From: Tubiluchus corallicola
Lineage: Eukaryota > Animalia > Priapulida
NCBI GenBank assembly: GCA_030141605.1
Contig: JAQGDQ010000417.1
Coordinates: forward strand, 1 to 64,000
Reading direction: 5' to 3'
Length of the DNA stretch: 64,000 nt
The position numbers and the translations under genes are program-made. This document shows, piece after piece, positions 1 to 16,054 of the stretch. The first letter of the stretch is position 1, and each line of letters opens with the position of its first letter. Under the pieces are notes generated by a model. It was not told the DNA's origin. It did not search any database and saw nothing but the letters and a program-made list of their open reading frames with translations.

Positions 1-56
1 AAATAATTCCTTGGGAAAAACCTGGCGGCCGTGATAGTTGACGGAGCAGGTCTTTC

Positions 57-380
57 CCCCACGTTTAGAGGCAAAGCTGTCTCTAAACTTAATATGTACT
101 AACTGTAGTTAAAGGGAAGTAAAGTTTTCCCCACGTTTAGAGGCAAAGCTATCTCTAAACTTAATATGTACTAACTGTAGTTAAAGGGAAGTAAAGTTTT
201 CCCCACGTTTAGAGGCAAAGCTATCTCTTAACTTAATATGTACTAACTGTAGTTAAAGGGAAGTAAAGTTTTCCCCACGTTTAGAGGCAAAGCTATCTCT
301 AAACTTAATATGTACTAACTGTAGTTAAAGGGAGTAAAGTTTTCCCCACGTTTAGAGGCAAAGGTATCTCTAAACTTAAT
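57..380. repeat. 72-bp tandem repeat, about 4.5 copies
   Basis: Unit CCCCACGTTTAGAGGCAAAGCTATCTCTAAACTTAATATGTACTAACTGTAGTTAAAGGGAAGTAAAGTTTT starts at 57, 129, 201, 273 and 344; copies are nearly identical. Confidence 0.95.
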
Positions 381-2113
381 AAAGACACTGTAGGTGTCGG
401 GATAGAAATTCCCATGATTAAATATTGAATTGTAACATGTTTTGACGTCTACTAACACTTATATATTTACAGATTGTATATTTTGAAATGACAATGTAAA
501 TAAGTACATCATGATGTTTTAACTCATTTGTTTATTGTATTGCTTTTGTTATTTACAAATATACACAGGTGACACGACAATGGACATCAAACACTAATAA
601 TACTTTTCTAGAACAAACTTTAGATTTTAATATTCAGTCAAATGCATTAAACGACAAAGAAAAACAAATTTTATTCTTGTTCTCGACACATCAAGTCATC
701 AACATTTCAAGTTTTTCTTAAATATGTTATTTCAATTTTTCTCTGCTTCTCAGTCATAACGTCCACCTAGTGACGTTCGAGCTCTCTACCCTCGGTTTAC
801 AAGGTTCTATTTCCGACATTTACATGATAAAACGGAAATCTTTGATAGACTCCTTTGCAAATATTGTAAAATAAAATTTATTATTGGCATAATTATGTTG
901 TATCCAAATATCCTGATGTTTAATTGTTCTGCAAAATCGGGTTCAGTTTATTGCTGTACCGAAATTTCCAATGGTACAACTCATACGCAAACTAGACCTA
1001 GATGTGCTCACACAGATGAAAATCTTGTCTAGAATTATAATGACAAATTTCAGTTCTATGTTGATTAGCGATTTGGCACATTACGCAATAATTTTAATAG
1101 CTGCAAATGCATTTTCTCTGGTTGTAAGTTTGACAATCTTAGTAACATCGTATTAGCTATACATATATTTAACACTGTATCATTAACGCATCAACGTGAT
1201 ATATATATATATATATGTACTTGTGACAAAGCTAAACTTCGTCTGCAACTAGATGCCCAGTTATGGAAATTTGTATTTTTAAAATAGATGATCACCAAAG
1301 TAAGCTAGGCCAGTGGTGCATGGCGATAATGCTGGCTAGAAAACCCAGTCTGGCAGAGTGACATGTGGATTTTTGTCTGATAATCATAGTAAAACTAAAT
1401 GTGAATTTGGACTGTATTTCATTTAAGCTGTGTGCTGTACCTCAGCTTTCACTTGCTTCCGTACTACACTATCAAATAGCCGTGAGTGTCACTCGACCTC
1501 ACTGCATACTAGTCGCCTGGGTCGCTGCAAAAAGCAAAAATCACAACAAGGCAAATTTAGTAGCGCTTCAGTGATTAGCACATTTCTGTAGTGGTCATCA
1601 CGTTAGACATTGAAATCACTTGAAATTTAACCCCCACCCCTCAGCTAGTTGAGTAAACCTCACGTCTACACGTATAGCTTCAACATAAAGGCGCGCCCCT
1701 ATAAGAGCTGCCCTGAAATATCACATATTTATGAGCATGCAAAATGCGAGCCCGCGGCGACAGTCTTCATACAAATTCTCCTGTATTATGGCATTGTGGC
1801 TTCCATAATTGCTTGTCATACAAACTTGCGCATTGCCTATTGGATGTTATAATTCCGCCTTGCCAATTCTGTCGAATTACACGAAATTAATTTTGTATCG
1901 AATGTCCGTAGTGGCACCTAATTTATTCGCGCATAAAGTTTTATGGCTTGGAAGATGAGTTTCATGCTCGAGAGCACGCTTTGAGAAAGAAAAAGAAGAT
2001 TAAGCGTTGTGGGGTTAAATTAAGCGCAACGTGTAACATTGCTTCACTTAAATGGTTTAATGAACAGAAATTCGACTCGAACAGAATCATTAATTAAGCC
2101 TAAGCTTAATTGC

Positions 2114-2192
2114 AGTATTAGTAGTAATAGTGGTAGTAGTAGTAGTAGTAGAGTAGTAGGTGTATAGTAGTAGTAGTAGTAGTAATAGCAGT

Positions 2193-2241
<49 letters not shown>

Positions 2242-2348
2242 CAGCAGCAGCAGTAGTTAGCGTTGTAGTGTTAAGTATAGTTACAGCAGTAGCAGTAGTT
2301 GTAGTTGTTGTAGCTGTTTCGCAGCAGCAGCAGCAGCAGCAGCAGCAG

Positions 2349-2418
<70 letters not shown>

Positions 2419-2428
2419 GCAGCAGCAC

Positions 2429-2470
<42 letters not shown>

Positions 2471-2557
2471 CAGCAGCGGCAGCGCAGCAGTTGCTAGCAA
2501 TAGCAGTAGCAGCAGGCAGCAGCAGCAGCAGCAGCAAGCAGCAGCAGCAGCAGCAGT

Positions 2558-2593
<36 letters not shown>

Positions 2594-2607
2594 GCAGCAG
2601 CAGCAGC

Positions 2608-2694
<87 letters not shown>

Positions 2695-2707
2695 GCATGT
2701 CATTAAT

Positions 2708-2754
<47 letters not shown>

Positions 2755-2790
2755 CAGCAGCAGCAGCAGCGGTGCAGCAGCAGCAGCAGC

Positions 2791-2791
<1 letters not shown>
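2114..2791. repeat. Compound (TAG)n/(CAG)n microsatellite
   Basis: Directly visible; it produces the spurious polyQ/A/C/S ORFs. Confidence 0.95.
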
Positions 2792-4717
<1,926 letters not shown>

Positions 4718-5067
4718 TGCTTAAAATTTTCTGAAGACGCACCCCCACTAATTTGAACTACGAGCCGCAACTGCGCATGACACAAGAATCATAGTGACGT
4801 TTAAAAGACGGGCATTTAATCAGTGATTCCATGACAATTCTTTTCAAAATCAAGTTTCAAGAGTAAAAGCAAATTTCCATTTTATTAATTAATAATGTTG
4901 ACATCAAGAGTTTTAAAGATGACAGGTATTAAATTGCTTTAATTGGCATACGTACAGCAATCAGGTGAATTACATGAGTCACGACAAGAAGAGAGAGACT
5001 AGGCCTAATAGGTCCTCTCTCTTCTTTATCTACGCGGCCATAATTTTTACTATTAAACAAATAAAAT

Positions 5068-5712
5068 TTAAAGGACAAGAAAAGGGGCACCTGAAGTAGG
5101 TTTCAGAAAATTCGCCTTAAAAAATTATATTACTTTATTACAATTTTATATAGTACTCTCGTTAAAAAATATTTTTAGTTTGTCTTCATTTTAAATCTGA
5201 CACAATACTGTTCCGACCGCGCCATTACATGACGTCACTACGCCAAAGTACATGAGGGGAAGAAAAGTAAATGTTAAACTATATCCCAAAAACTTTCCAA
5301 GCAAAATTATATTACTTAGCATTTCGCTTACCTGCTGGAAAGACTTATGTAACTAGAAAAGAAAATTATTAATTATTTAAACTGCTTTCACCAATGGGGT
5401 AAAATGTCGTTGACTCACCTCCAGGGTGCGCCACTCACTAAACAAAAACGTATTTTAATCTTATTGACAACATACAGTAATTTCAAATTTTACTTAGTTA
5501 GTGACGTGTGCGCTACGAATGCTGACGCAGTGTTGTCTAAACTTGTTTCAAATGACTTGTCGTCAAAATGGCTGCGTCTAACGGTCATCGCGGGAGTTTA
5601 AATTTACATGTTTCATACAGCGTTACTGCCGACGCAAGGTCTGCATGGAAAAACGCAGTGTCAGTCACAGTGTGTAAGAGGTATGAAATTTCAGGACGAT
5701 TTTTTTAAAACT
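5068..5712. mobile_element. Dispersed repeat family, probably a non-autonomous DNA transposon (TTAA-AGG end suggests Kolobok-type); other copies at about 10786-11720, 12890-13290 (inverted) and 41190-41640
   Basis: Shared core AAAATGGCTGCG..AACGGTCAT..CGGGAGTTTAAATTTACA and AAGGACAAGAAA start; superfamily assignment is inference. Confidence 0.6.
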
Positions 5713-7115
5713 TTATGTAATTTGAGGGTTTTCTTGTGCTTTAATAATCTCGACGACTTTGTTGATCATATTAGGAATAGTGTTGTGTAAGAGACAGCTC
5801 AGCATACTTAGGTGTTTCATAATAATGCATCTGTAACTATTGTCTTGTAGAATAGGAATTGACGTTAAAGTTATAAACCAGTGGAAAATTTTCATCGTAC
5901 GTCGGCAAAACCTCAATTACGTAATTTTTAATATGGGTGTAGTAGGCCTATTTAGAATTCGCGAGAGGGCTCGGTGTCCCGTAACGGACGTTTTCCAGGA
6001 CCCAACTCCCGATTTTTTTCAAAATTTTGGTCAAACAGCCTGTAGAGAAAACGTTCTAGCGGCGCTTAGTGTGACTCTAAGAAGGAGATATATAGCTCTT
6101 TATAAAGAGGAAGAACAGGGCTACACGATAATGCGGGCTATATTATTTACATGTCCACCAAGAGGAGTACCGACGAGTTAATTAGATGTTCTATTTTTGG
6201 TAATTTTCACTTGGAAAACTGCTGACGCAAAGCCATTGTTCTGACGTCATCCATCATACTCTGTCTATAACCTTATAACTTTAATTCACTAAAGCTGCTG
6301 CTGCTGCTGCTGCTGACTTTGTGTTAGGTAAATAAACGAACACTAGGTTGGATGTTCGCGCATTATTGATTATAAGTGTATTAATACGTAAAATTTTGCG
6401 GGCCTTTACTAGTTTTTAATAATATTTCGCTATAGCAACAGAATTAACATCTTTAATCTTTCGCATTTTTAACATTTTTAATTGGTCCCAAGGCCTGGCT
6501 TCCTTGGCAAAAACAGCAATTTATTAAAGACAAAATGCTCGTTAAGCTTAGATGTGACCAACTGTTGATAACGCTACATTGTATGATAGTTATTTAGCTC
6601 TATAATAATTTAATTAGAAGATTATTTGATAGCTTTTGTAACTACGTGCACGGACGACTCAGATCCCCGTCAGCATTTAAAACAAAATTAAAATCATTAG
6701 TATTAACCCGATATCAAATACCATCAGACCAGCACGACAACGTGCACAATAATTCAGAATTTCTACGCCCACGGCCATATTAATTGAATCATAACTTTTA
6801 AGCTTTTTGAATAGTTGTAAAGATGGAGCTTTGTGAATATTTTCATTCGTCGTTACTTTCCATTACCGCACAGTAGTTTAGATTGCACTGACGCATTTGC
6901 CTTTAGCAGTGTAAGTTTTTGTTAGCTAACACTGATTGATCATCTCTATAAAGTCTTTGTCAGTGATTATCAATGTATTTTAATGGCAAATAAAGATTAT
7001 TATATAATATATATAATAATGTATATAATATAAAATATGTTATGATATATTATAGTTTCAGCACTTCATTCAGAAATTCCGCTATTCTAACCCAGTTAGA
7101 GATCATTATTGATTG

Positions 7116-7116
<1 letters not shown>

Positions 7117-7208
<92 letters not shown>

Positions 7209-7241
7209 TATTATTACTACTACTACTACTACTACTACTAC

Positions 7242-7318
<77 letters not shown>

Positions 7319-7319
7319 C
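7117..7319. repeat. Compound (TTG)n(TTA)n(CTA)n(TTA)n microsatellite
   Basis: Directly visible. Confidence 0.95.
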
Positions 7320-7631
7320 CGTCGGTAGCTGGTTTTTTACATTGTGCGCAACGTGATTCAAAAACCAAAAAGTATTAATAATCTCTTGTTTAACGTTTTG
7401 AACTATTTATAGTTAGTCTAAGTAACTGCAGCTATACTAAAAATTTGCTCAAGCACCTAGTAGGATGAATAAACGACTGTCTCTGATTTACTGTAAAGTT
7501 ATTGCATTGAACAGCTTTGCAATACATGCAGTTCAGTCTATATTTCTTATGTAACTAATCTGTGCTCTTCGCTTACCCATCGCAGTGTTCATTAACAAAC
7601 GGCTTTAATAATTAATAATTCTTATTTTGCG

Positions 7632-7900
7632 TTGTTTTGCCTTGCCTTGTCTGGCCTTGCCTTACCTTGCCTAGCTTTGCCTTGCATTGCGTTGACTTGT
7701 CTTACACCACTTTACCTTATCTTGCCTTGTTTTGCCTTGCCTTGCATTGCCTTGTCTCGTCTTGCAATGTCTTGCCTTGCCTTGCTCTGTTTTGTCTTGC
7801 CTTGCATTGCCTTGTTTCGTCTTGCAATGTCTTGCCTTGCCTTGCTCTGTTTTGTCTCGCCTTGCATTGCCTCTCGCCTTGCCTTGCTCTGTTTTGTCTT
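7632..7900. repeat. Degenerate (CCTTG)n pentanucleotide repeat with ~60-bp higher-order period
   Basis: CCTTGCATTGCCTTGT..CGTCTTGCAATGTCTTGCCTTGCCTTGCTCTGTTTTGTC recurs. Confidence 0.85.
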
Positions 7901-9010
7901 CTCTATTACATCTGAAAATATCCACATCGAGTCGTAATTCAATGTGATTTATCATTCTTTTGAAACGCAACACATACTAGCGGTTTTGCAGTAGCCTACA
8001 GGTGAAATCAACAAAGATGTTTGCAAAGGAAAATACAATATCGAACTTATTTCGATTTCGTAATCAATTTGGTCTTTGAGTAATATATATCACCAAGTAT
8101 GAAACTGAAGCTTTTTTCACAGAAACTTGGCCGATTTATTTTTGTGCAATGATGCAGGCTACAAAAATCGTAAATGAGTAATAATTCGATAATTCCAGCT
8201 TGCAGGCTTATTTTTCTGCCTTTTGCCAATGTGACAGAACGCTTAAAATTAATCGATCATATTGTGCAATGGTCACACCTACGCTCGGACCAAACGAAAA
8301 CTGCTGGAGTTTTATTAATAGTTTTTTTTATTCTATTGTTGGTTCATCTCAAGTTGGAGGTGTGCCATACTCCATATTTCCTCAACAGGAGCCATCCAGC
8401 ACTTGAGAAAATGTGTTGTGTGTGTTAATCAAACTAGATTAGTAACCGTGATTATAACTCCTACAGAAGATACGGGCTGACCCTCTACAACTGTGATTCA
8501 CTAATGCAGCCTGTTGTTCAAGACTTGCAAAAATCGAAGTTTTGTTAACTGTTATTCTTGTTAAAAGCGTGCACCCAATCTTTAGACAATTCTACTAAGC
8601 GCACGCTGTCATGCCGTCGCGTTTATGTAAAGAAACGTTGGAACAATAATGCTGTAGACATGCCACCTTATTGAGCTTATAAGGCATCTGTACATTTTAT
8701 TGGCCCTACGTTTGTTTACACAAATTTGGCAGCATGACAGCACGCGCTTGACAGACCGGTATGAGAACTTTAGTAGTTCCGAAAATGGCAGACATGCCAA
8801 AAGGCCTCGAAGAATAAAGTAAAATTCTGCATTTAATGACGATGTTTTGCATGCCATTTGTACATTTATAGTGCTTAGGAAGTTTCTAATAATTGCCCAA
8901 AAACTAATAATAATTATATCAGCTCAAAAATATAAGTATTTTAGTTTCTGACAACGAGTTGTGCCATATACTACCATGCGATTTGCACAACACAATATTC
9001 CAAATCTGCC

Positions 9011-9942
9011 TTATGTGGTCTTCTAATAACATTATTATGTGGTCTTCTAATAACATTATTATGTGGTCTTCTAATAACATTACTATGTGGTCTTCTAATA
9101 ACATTATTATGTGGTCTTCTAATAACATTATTATGTGGTCTTCTAATAACATTATTATGTGGTCTTCTAATAACATTATTATGTGGTTTTCTAATAACAT
9201 TATTATGTGGTCTTCCAATAACATTATTATGTGGTCTTCTAACGACATTATTATGTGGCCTTCTAATGACATTATTATGTGGTCTTCTAACGACATTATT
9301 ATGTGGTCTTCTAATGACATTATTATGTGGTCGTCTATTGACATTACTATGTGGTCGTCTATTGACATTACTATGTGGTCTTCTAATGACATTATTATGT
9401 GGTCTTCTAATAACATTATTATGTGGTCTTCTAATAACATTATTATGTGGTCTTCTAATAACATTATTATGTGGTCTTCTAATAACATTATTATGTGGTC
9501 TTCTAACGACATTATTATGTGGCCTTCTAATGACATTATTATGTGGTCTTCTAACGACATTATTATGTGGCCTTCTAATAACATTATTATGTGGTCTTCT
9601 AACGACATTATTATGTGGTCTTCTAATAACATTATTATGTGGTCTTCTAATGACATTATTATGTGGTCTTCTAGTAACATTATTATGTGGTCTTCTAATA
9701 ACATTATTATGTGGTCTTCTAATGACATTATTATGTGGTCTTCTAATAACATTATTATGTGGTCTTCTAATGACATTATTATGTGGTCTTCTAATAACAT
9801 TATTATGTGGTCTTCTAATAACATTATTATGTGGTCTTCTAATAACATTATTATGTGGTCTTCTAATAACATTATTATGTGGTCTTCTAATAACATTATT
9901 ATGTGGTCTTCTAATGACATTATTATGTGGTCTTCTAATAAC
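9011..9942. repeat. 24-bp minisatellite, about 39 copies
   Basis: Unit TTATGTGGTCTTCTAATAACATTA with minor variants. Confidence 0.97.
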
Positions 9943-10302
9943 ACATATTCACTCAAATCACGATTTCATTCATCCTAGACCTTACTAAACTATAATATGA
10001 TGTGTATGCGTGTGCATGTGAGAGGGTGTGTATGTGTGTGTGCGTGGGAGGAAGGGTGGATGGGTGCCTGCGGGAATGAAAGTGTGTGTGTTAGAAGAGA
10101 GAAAAATAATGCCTGTAGTTTTATCATAGTGCACTGTGTGTTTATCGTTAATCTTTTCTTTTTGAATTTCTAGTTGCACTTGTAGTTTATTTTGAACCAG
10201 AAGCATTTGCCCAGAACGGTTTATGCTTTTATTTGAACTAACACTGATTGTCTGCCTTTTTATTATGATGGTCAATGTTTTTAAAAAGGCAAAATAAAGA
10301 TT

Positions 10303-10465
<163 letters not shown>

Positions 10466-10882
10466 TAATGATTTAAATGAATTTACTGTAGCGTGCAAGA
10501 TGGTTGCTTGGCGGCATCTGTCCTACCTGGCATCATCGCACAAATTGCATAAATATTGCAAACGCCGCTCCTTTCAACGCAGCGTTCTTTACATATCACA
10601 ACACAGAAATTATTAATGAGCTGTAATTGAACACATCGATAGGCAAACAATAATTCAGCCATTGTGGGCTTTCATACTTGAAACGAACTCAGCCATCCGC
10701 CAAGCGGGAACAAACCTGAACAAATACATGCAACAATTGCACGTGAACATTCTCCAAACACTAATTAATATCTATGCTCCAAACGTTTGAAGGACAAGAA
10801 ATACTCTTTATAAAAAAGGTCAATTTTAAAGTATTTCCCAAAAAACTTTCCACACAAAGTTCTAAGTATTACTTAACATTAC

Positions 10883-11296
10883 CAGGGGCGTATTAACCAA
10901 TAGGGTAACTAGGATATAGCCAAAGTTTGAAGAGCGTCAACTTTTAGAAAATTATCTTTTTCTCCTCGGAAAATGTGTATACTTTCATATTCATGTAAAG
11001 GGCGCATTTTACAACACACCACAGGCAGTCACTGAGCGCTGCTTTTATAGAAGTGCCACATAACGAACAGGTGCAAGGTATTACACAACAAACAGTTGCG
11101 CAGCCTGCTTGAATATAAGCGATATGCAAATACATGTAATTAATACTGACCTCGTAGAAACTAGCTTATAAGTGTTTCTAATACACCACAAGTAATTGTT
11201 TAATCTGCTCATTACATTAGCAACCATAAATTCACAATAGAGATGAGCGGCACAAAACTATCAGTCTAGGGCGCGTAAAGTCTAGATACGCCCTTC
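10883..11296 (+). mobile_element. hAT-superfamily MITE (~410 bp), family copy 1
   Basis: Ends CAGGGGCGTA / TACGCCCTTC; flanks AACATTAC / AACATTAT (7/8 TSD); homologous to 16866-17268 and 42195-42596. Confidence 0.85.
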
Positions 11297-11833
11297 AACA
11301 TTATACTTACCCGTGTAAGATTTAAGTGACTAGAAAAGAAAATTCTTAGTTTTTTCTAAAATGTTCAGGCCGACTGGTAAAACGCCATTGACACACCTTC
11401 CCAGAGTGCACCACTGATTCACCATAGCAGCTTTTTAATCTTACTGACATTATAAAGTGTGCACTTTTTCTTAGTTAATGAAGTGTGCGTTTCTAATGCT
11501 CTGATTATTTTTTCAAAATTTCACGCAGTGTAATGTAAACTTGTTTCATATGACGTACCGTGAAAATGGCTGCGCCTAACAGTCATAGCGGAAGTTTAAA
11601 TTTACAAGTATTTATACAGCTTTGTTACAATATGTAGGTAAAGGCTACGTACTGTCTTTTTGCTCACAGAGCTTGCGTTGTCAGTAACAGTGTATAAAAC
11701 TTGCAAACTTGAACTTCAGGAATGACCGTTAGGTGCAGCTATTTGACAGTAGGTCGTTTGAAGCAAGTTAAGAAAACATTGCGTGAAGTTTGAAAAAATC
11801 TAACATGTCTACACGACAACAACAAACTTTGAA

Positions 11834-12325
<492 letters not shown>

Positions 12326-12502
12326 CATTCAAGACAGGCAGGGTGGGGAGGGAGAATCGAAGGAAGAAGTTAGAGTATGGACGGATGGGAGACAGTGGGT
12401 GAAGGAAAACAAATAGACAGGAGCGAGAGGTATGAGGGAATGTTTGGAAGCTAAAAGGAAAGAAACAGACAGACAGACAAACAGACAGACGCACATTCTT
12501 AC

Positions 12503-12596
12503 CTTTGTTCGTCGCTTGAGAGAAGAGCACATAGAGCACAAACACAACAAACGTCACACCAAACACCAAGATCAGAATATGTGGATCAAACTCCAT
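12503..12596 (-). CDS. Putative first coding exon of a signal-anchored membrane protein; downstream exons not found
   Basis: ATG in GCAAGATGG context; MEFDPHILILVFGVTFVVFVLYVLFSQATNK is a hydrophobic helix; strong phase-1 donor AAG|GTAAGA at 12502. Confidence 0.4.
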
Positions 12597-13424
12597 CTTG
12601 CCAGTGACGTCATACAGAGATTGTGTCAATATTATCCCAAAAAAACTTAGAATATCCGATCACGTTAGGTGATGTGATTTGATTTCATTCATTTCACATT
12701 AATGTTTTTCGCTCACTTTAATCACTTTATTCGCAGCACATTGAATAATTATTCACTTCCTCTAATAACTTGAAAATTTCAAAATCTGAAATGAAAAATG
12801 AGTAATTATTAATGATTGACAGTTTAACAAACAATTCAACTTCAAAATATTTAAAGCGCAAGAAAACCCTCCAGTTACATAAAGCTGAAAAATTCGTATC
12901 GAAATTTTATACCACTTACATACTACTTTTTTACTTGCATCGGCAGTAACACTGTAAAAAGCTTGTAAATTTAAACTCCGGCCATGATCGTTAGACGCAG
13001 CCATTTTGACCACAGGTCATTTGAAACAAGTTTAGATAACATTGTGTAAACTTTGAAAAAATAAACAGAACAAGGCACACGTAACTAACTACGTAAAATT
13101 TTAAATTACTGTATCTTGTCAATAAGATTAAAAATACGTTTTTGGTTAGTGAGTGGCGCACCCTGGAGGGTGAGTTACATAAGTCTTTCAAGCAGGTAAG
13201 CGAAAAGCAAAGTAATAGAATTTTGTATGGAAAGTTCTTTGGGACATTATTTAACATTTCCTTTTCTTCCCCTGATTTTCGTTGTGCGTATATGAGTATG
13301 TTATTTGAAATGCCTATTCGACAATTTTTAAAGTCTTATGTGAAACGAAAAACAATATTATCTTGTCAAACAAGTTAATACTTCGCTTTTTCTCAACCTT
13401 CAATTATTTATTTATTTATTTAAT

Positions 13425-13459
<35 letters not shown>

Positions 13460-13499
13460 TCATGTTAAATCATGTTTCAACATGCATTGTTAGAGAAAA

Positions 13500-13845
13500 G
13501 TTATTTTTAGGACAACTTAGAAAAACTCTATTGTAAACGCATCAATGCACCAAGAGTATGATTAAACACAGCAAATGTGATAACACCTCTCGTCCCACAA
13601 CCCACACGAAGCCCCCCTCTCCCATCTCAACTCTTAAAACCTATGTAACAAACGAGTAAAAACTGCCTCTCGACTAAACTTTATTTTAAGACAACTAACA
13701 AAAACTCTAGTGTAAACGCATCAATGCACCAAGAGTATGATTAAACACAGCAGATGTACTAACACCTCTCGTCCCACAACCCACACGAAACCGCCCTCAA
13801 CTCTTAAAACCTACGTAACAAACTAGTAAAAAGTACCTCTCGACT
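13500..13845. repeat. Diverged tandem duplication, ~180-bp unit x2
   Basis: TGTAAACGCATCAATGCACCAAGAGTATGATTAAACACAGCA occurs at about 13532 and 13711. Confidence 0.85.
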
Positions 13846-15433
13846 GCCACTCTACGATTAGCACTCGAACGTGGAAATGAAGCCAGCGTGCAATGCATGA
13901 TCTTCAACGATGTGGTGTGCAATCATCTTATTAGCACTGCGAGCCACTTTAATCTGTGCGCCTCAGCTGTGCTCCCCAAACCGCCTGACAAATCGCTTTC
14001 CACAATCAATCAACGTTCACTGTGCGTGAGCCTCCAGCCATCAGCGTAGTTTGCTAGTATTATATTGAGCGGAAGTAGCCAATAGAGATATACAATATCA
14101 CCAGCGTGTAGTATGTCATCAGTACAGAGCGCAGGGCTTCTATACTTTTGTTGAGAAAAGCATCAGTCGTCTGAACAAAAGTGGGCACTTGCTCCAGTTT
14201 ACCACCTTGTAACCCCGTGTAATTCACTATTAGAAGTTTAATTTGAAAATTAATCATAAACCAATTCCTCTAAATCACAACACTGGGTCAAATAAACCCA
14301 ATCATGGTATAATCCTGTGGATTAAAGCTTTGTAACCACTTTAATCTTGGCGATTATTGATCAAATGACTAATTTTTACATAAACACAGTTAAATACAAC
14401 ACTAGAATCACGGAACTTCTAAGCAAACTGTAGAAATTTCTCAACGCATACCTTCATCACAGCTTGCCTTCACAGCATTCAAGCTGCCCAGCATACACCA
14501 GCTTACGTCATTTTTTTCAAATATGCGGGCAGCGACGTTCGTTTGGCGGGAGATAAAAAATATTTAAATTTCTTTTACATTTTTAAGCAAATCATTCTAT
14601 GTGCATGTATTGTGTAGTGATTTCAATATTTTTAATTGTATATTAAAATGGAATAAGTGTTGTTCGAGGGTTGGTTCTTCCTTTAATCTTTCTACTCTGA
14701 ATAGAAAAAGTCGTTATAATTATAATGATAAATTTCAATTCCATATTGATTTAGCGATTTGGCATATTGCGCAATAATTTTAATAGCGACAAATGTATTT
14801 CTTTCTGACTATAATTTTGAAAATCTTAGTAACATCGCATATAGTAACTTAGTAACATTGTGTATAGTGATATATAGTAGCTTAGTAACATAGTGTACAG
14901 TAGTATATAGTAACTTAGTAACAGCGGTATAGTAACTTAGTAACATCGTATATAGTAGTATTTAGTAACTTAGTGTACCAACGTGTACTTATAATAAAGC
15001 TAAACTTTGCCTGCAACTAGAAGTACATTTTTGGAAATATGCATTTCAAAATAGAATATTGATCATCATAGTCGTCGTTAGTAACAGGTTACACGTTAGT
15101 AATCGTGGTTCAGGTTCGATTATTTTTAATACTCTACAATGCGTATAATTTTCTATTAGTTAAAATGTAATAATCGCATAAATCTAACTAAGCTACGCTA
15201 GTATAGGTACAGTAGATAAGTATAAAAATTGTGCACTTTTTGAGAAAATTATGAAATTTTAAATCATCATCATTTCTTCAATAAAAGTGCAAAATAAAGC
15301 GTCTAAATTTGCAAGAATTTAACTTGGATTCTATTAAAATGCACAGTGAAACAAAATTTCAAATCATTTTGAATATGTGAGTTTGCATTTAACAGAAATT
15401 CAAGATGGCACCTAATTTTGGAACCGTTTAGTA

Positions 15434-15667
15434 CAGTGGTTCCCAAAGTAGGGGTAAATTACCCCCCGGGGGTAATATGGTTTTTTTTTTGGGGGGGGGG
15501 GTAACGAGCACCCCTCTGAAAAATTTTAATACTTCGCTCGGAATGCATATTACGTAGCATACACGTGTTTACTTTTTGAGTTGGAGAAGTAGTACTAGGT
15601 GGGGGGTAATGGACACGACCGGGTTTCCCGATTTGGGTAACTGTCCGAGAAAGTTTGGGAACCACTG
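15434..15667. mobile_element. hAT (Charlie-like) MITE
   Basis: TIRs CAGTGGTTCCCAAA / TTTGGGAACCACTG; perfect 8-bp TSD GTTTAGTA. Confidence 0.9.
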
Positions 15668-16009
15668 GTTTAGTAGAATACCGACACCAATTTCTGCGGA
15701 CAGCCGGTTTGAAGTGAACAGCGCAAAAAGTGTTATTGTAAGATTTTCCTCATTTCATACTAATTATAAGTAAAATTAAAAGTTTACTTTTGTTATTATT
15801 TAAGTATGTTTACATTTGCCACAGAATATGCGTAAAAGCCTGCAATTAATCAGTATACACTGCTAGTGTTCAACGTAGACCAAGTGTTCAAAGCTGGAAG
15901 AACGATGAAGAAGTTTGTAAAGGTAATTGCTAAGACACTGACAAATCAAGTAGATTACAGGTGAGTTTGGTAAACTTTATTTTCTGAATCAGTAGTGATA
16001 CCATGCATT

Positions 16010-16054
<45 letters not shown>

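Noticed and set aside
57-380. CRISPR-like look (hairpin repeat starting GTTTAGAG); also considered for the 68-, 85-, 44- and 50-bp arrays
   Set aside because: Units are head-to-tail with no unique spacers, no cas genes are present and the context is eukaryotic
14060-14560. Possible two-exon minus-strand fragment with a hydrophobic C-terminus
   Set aside because: No recognisable homology, and the upstream part overlaps a dispersed repeat also seen at about 22420-22680
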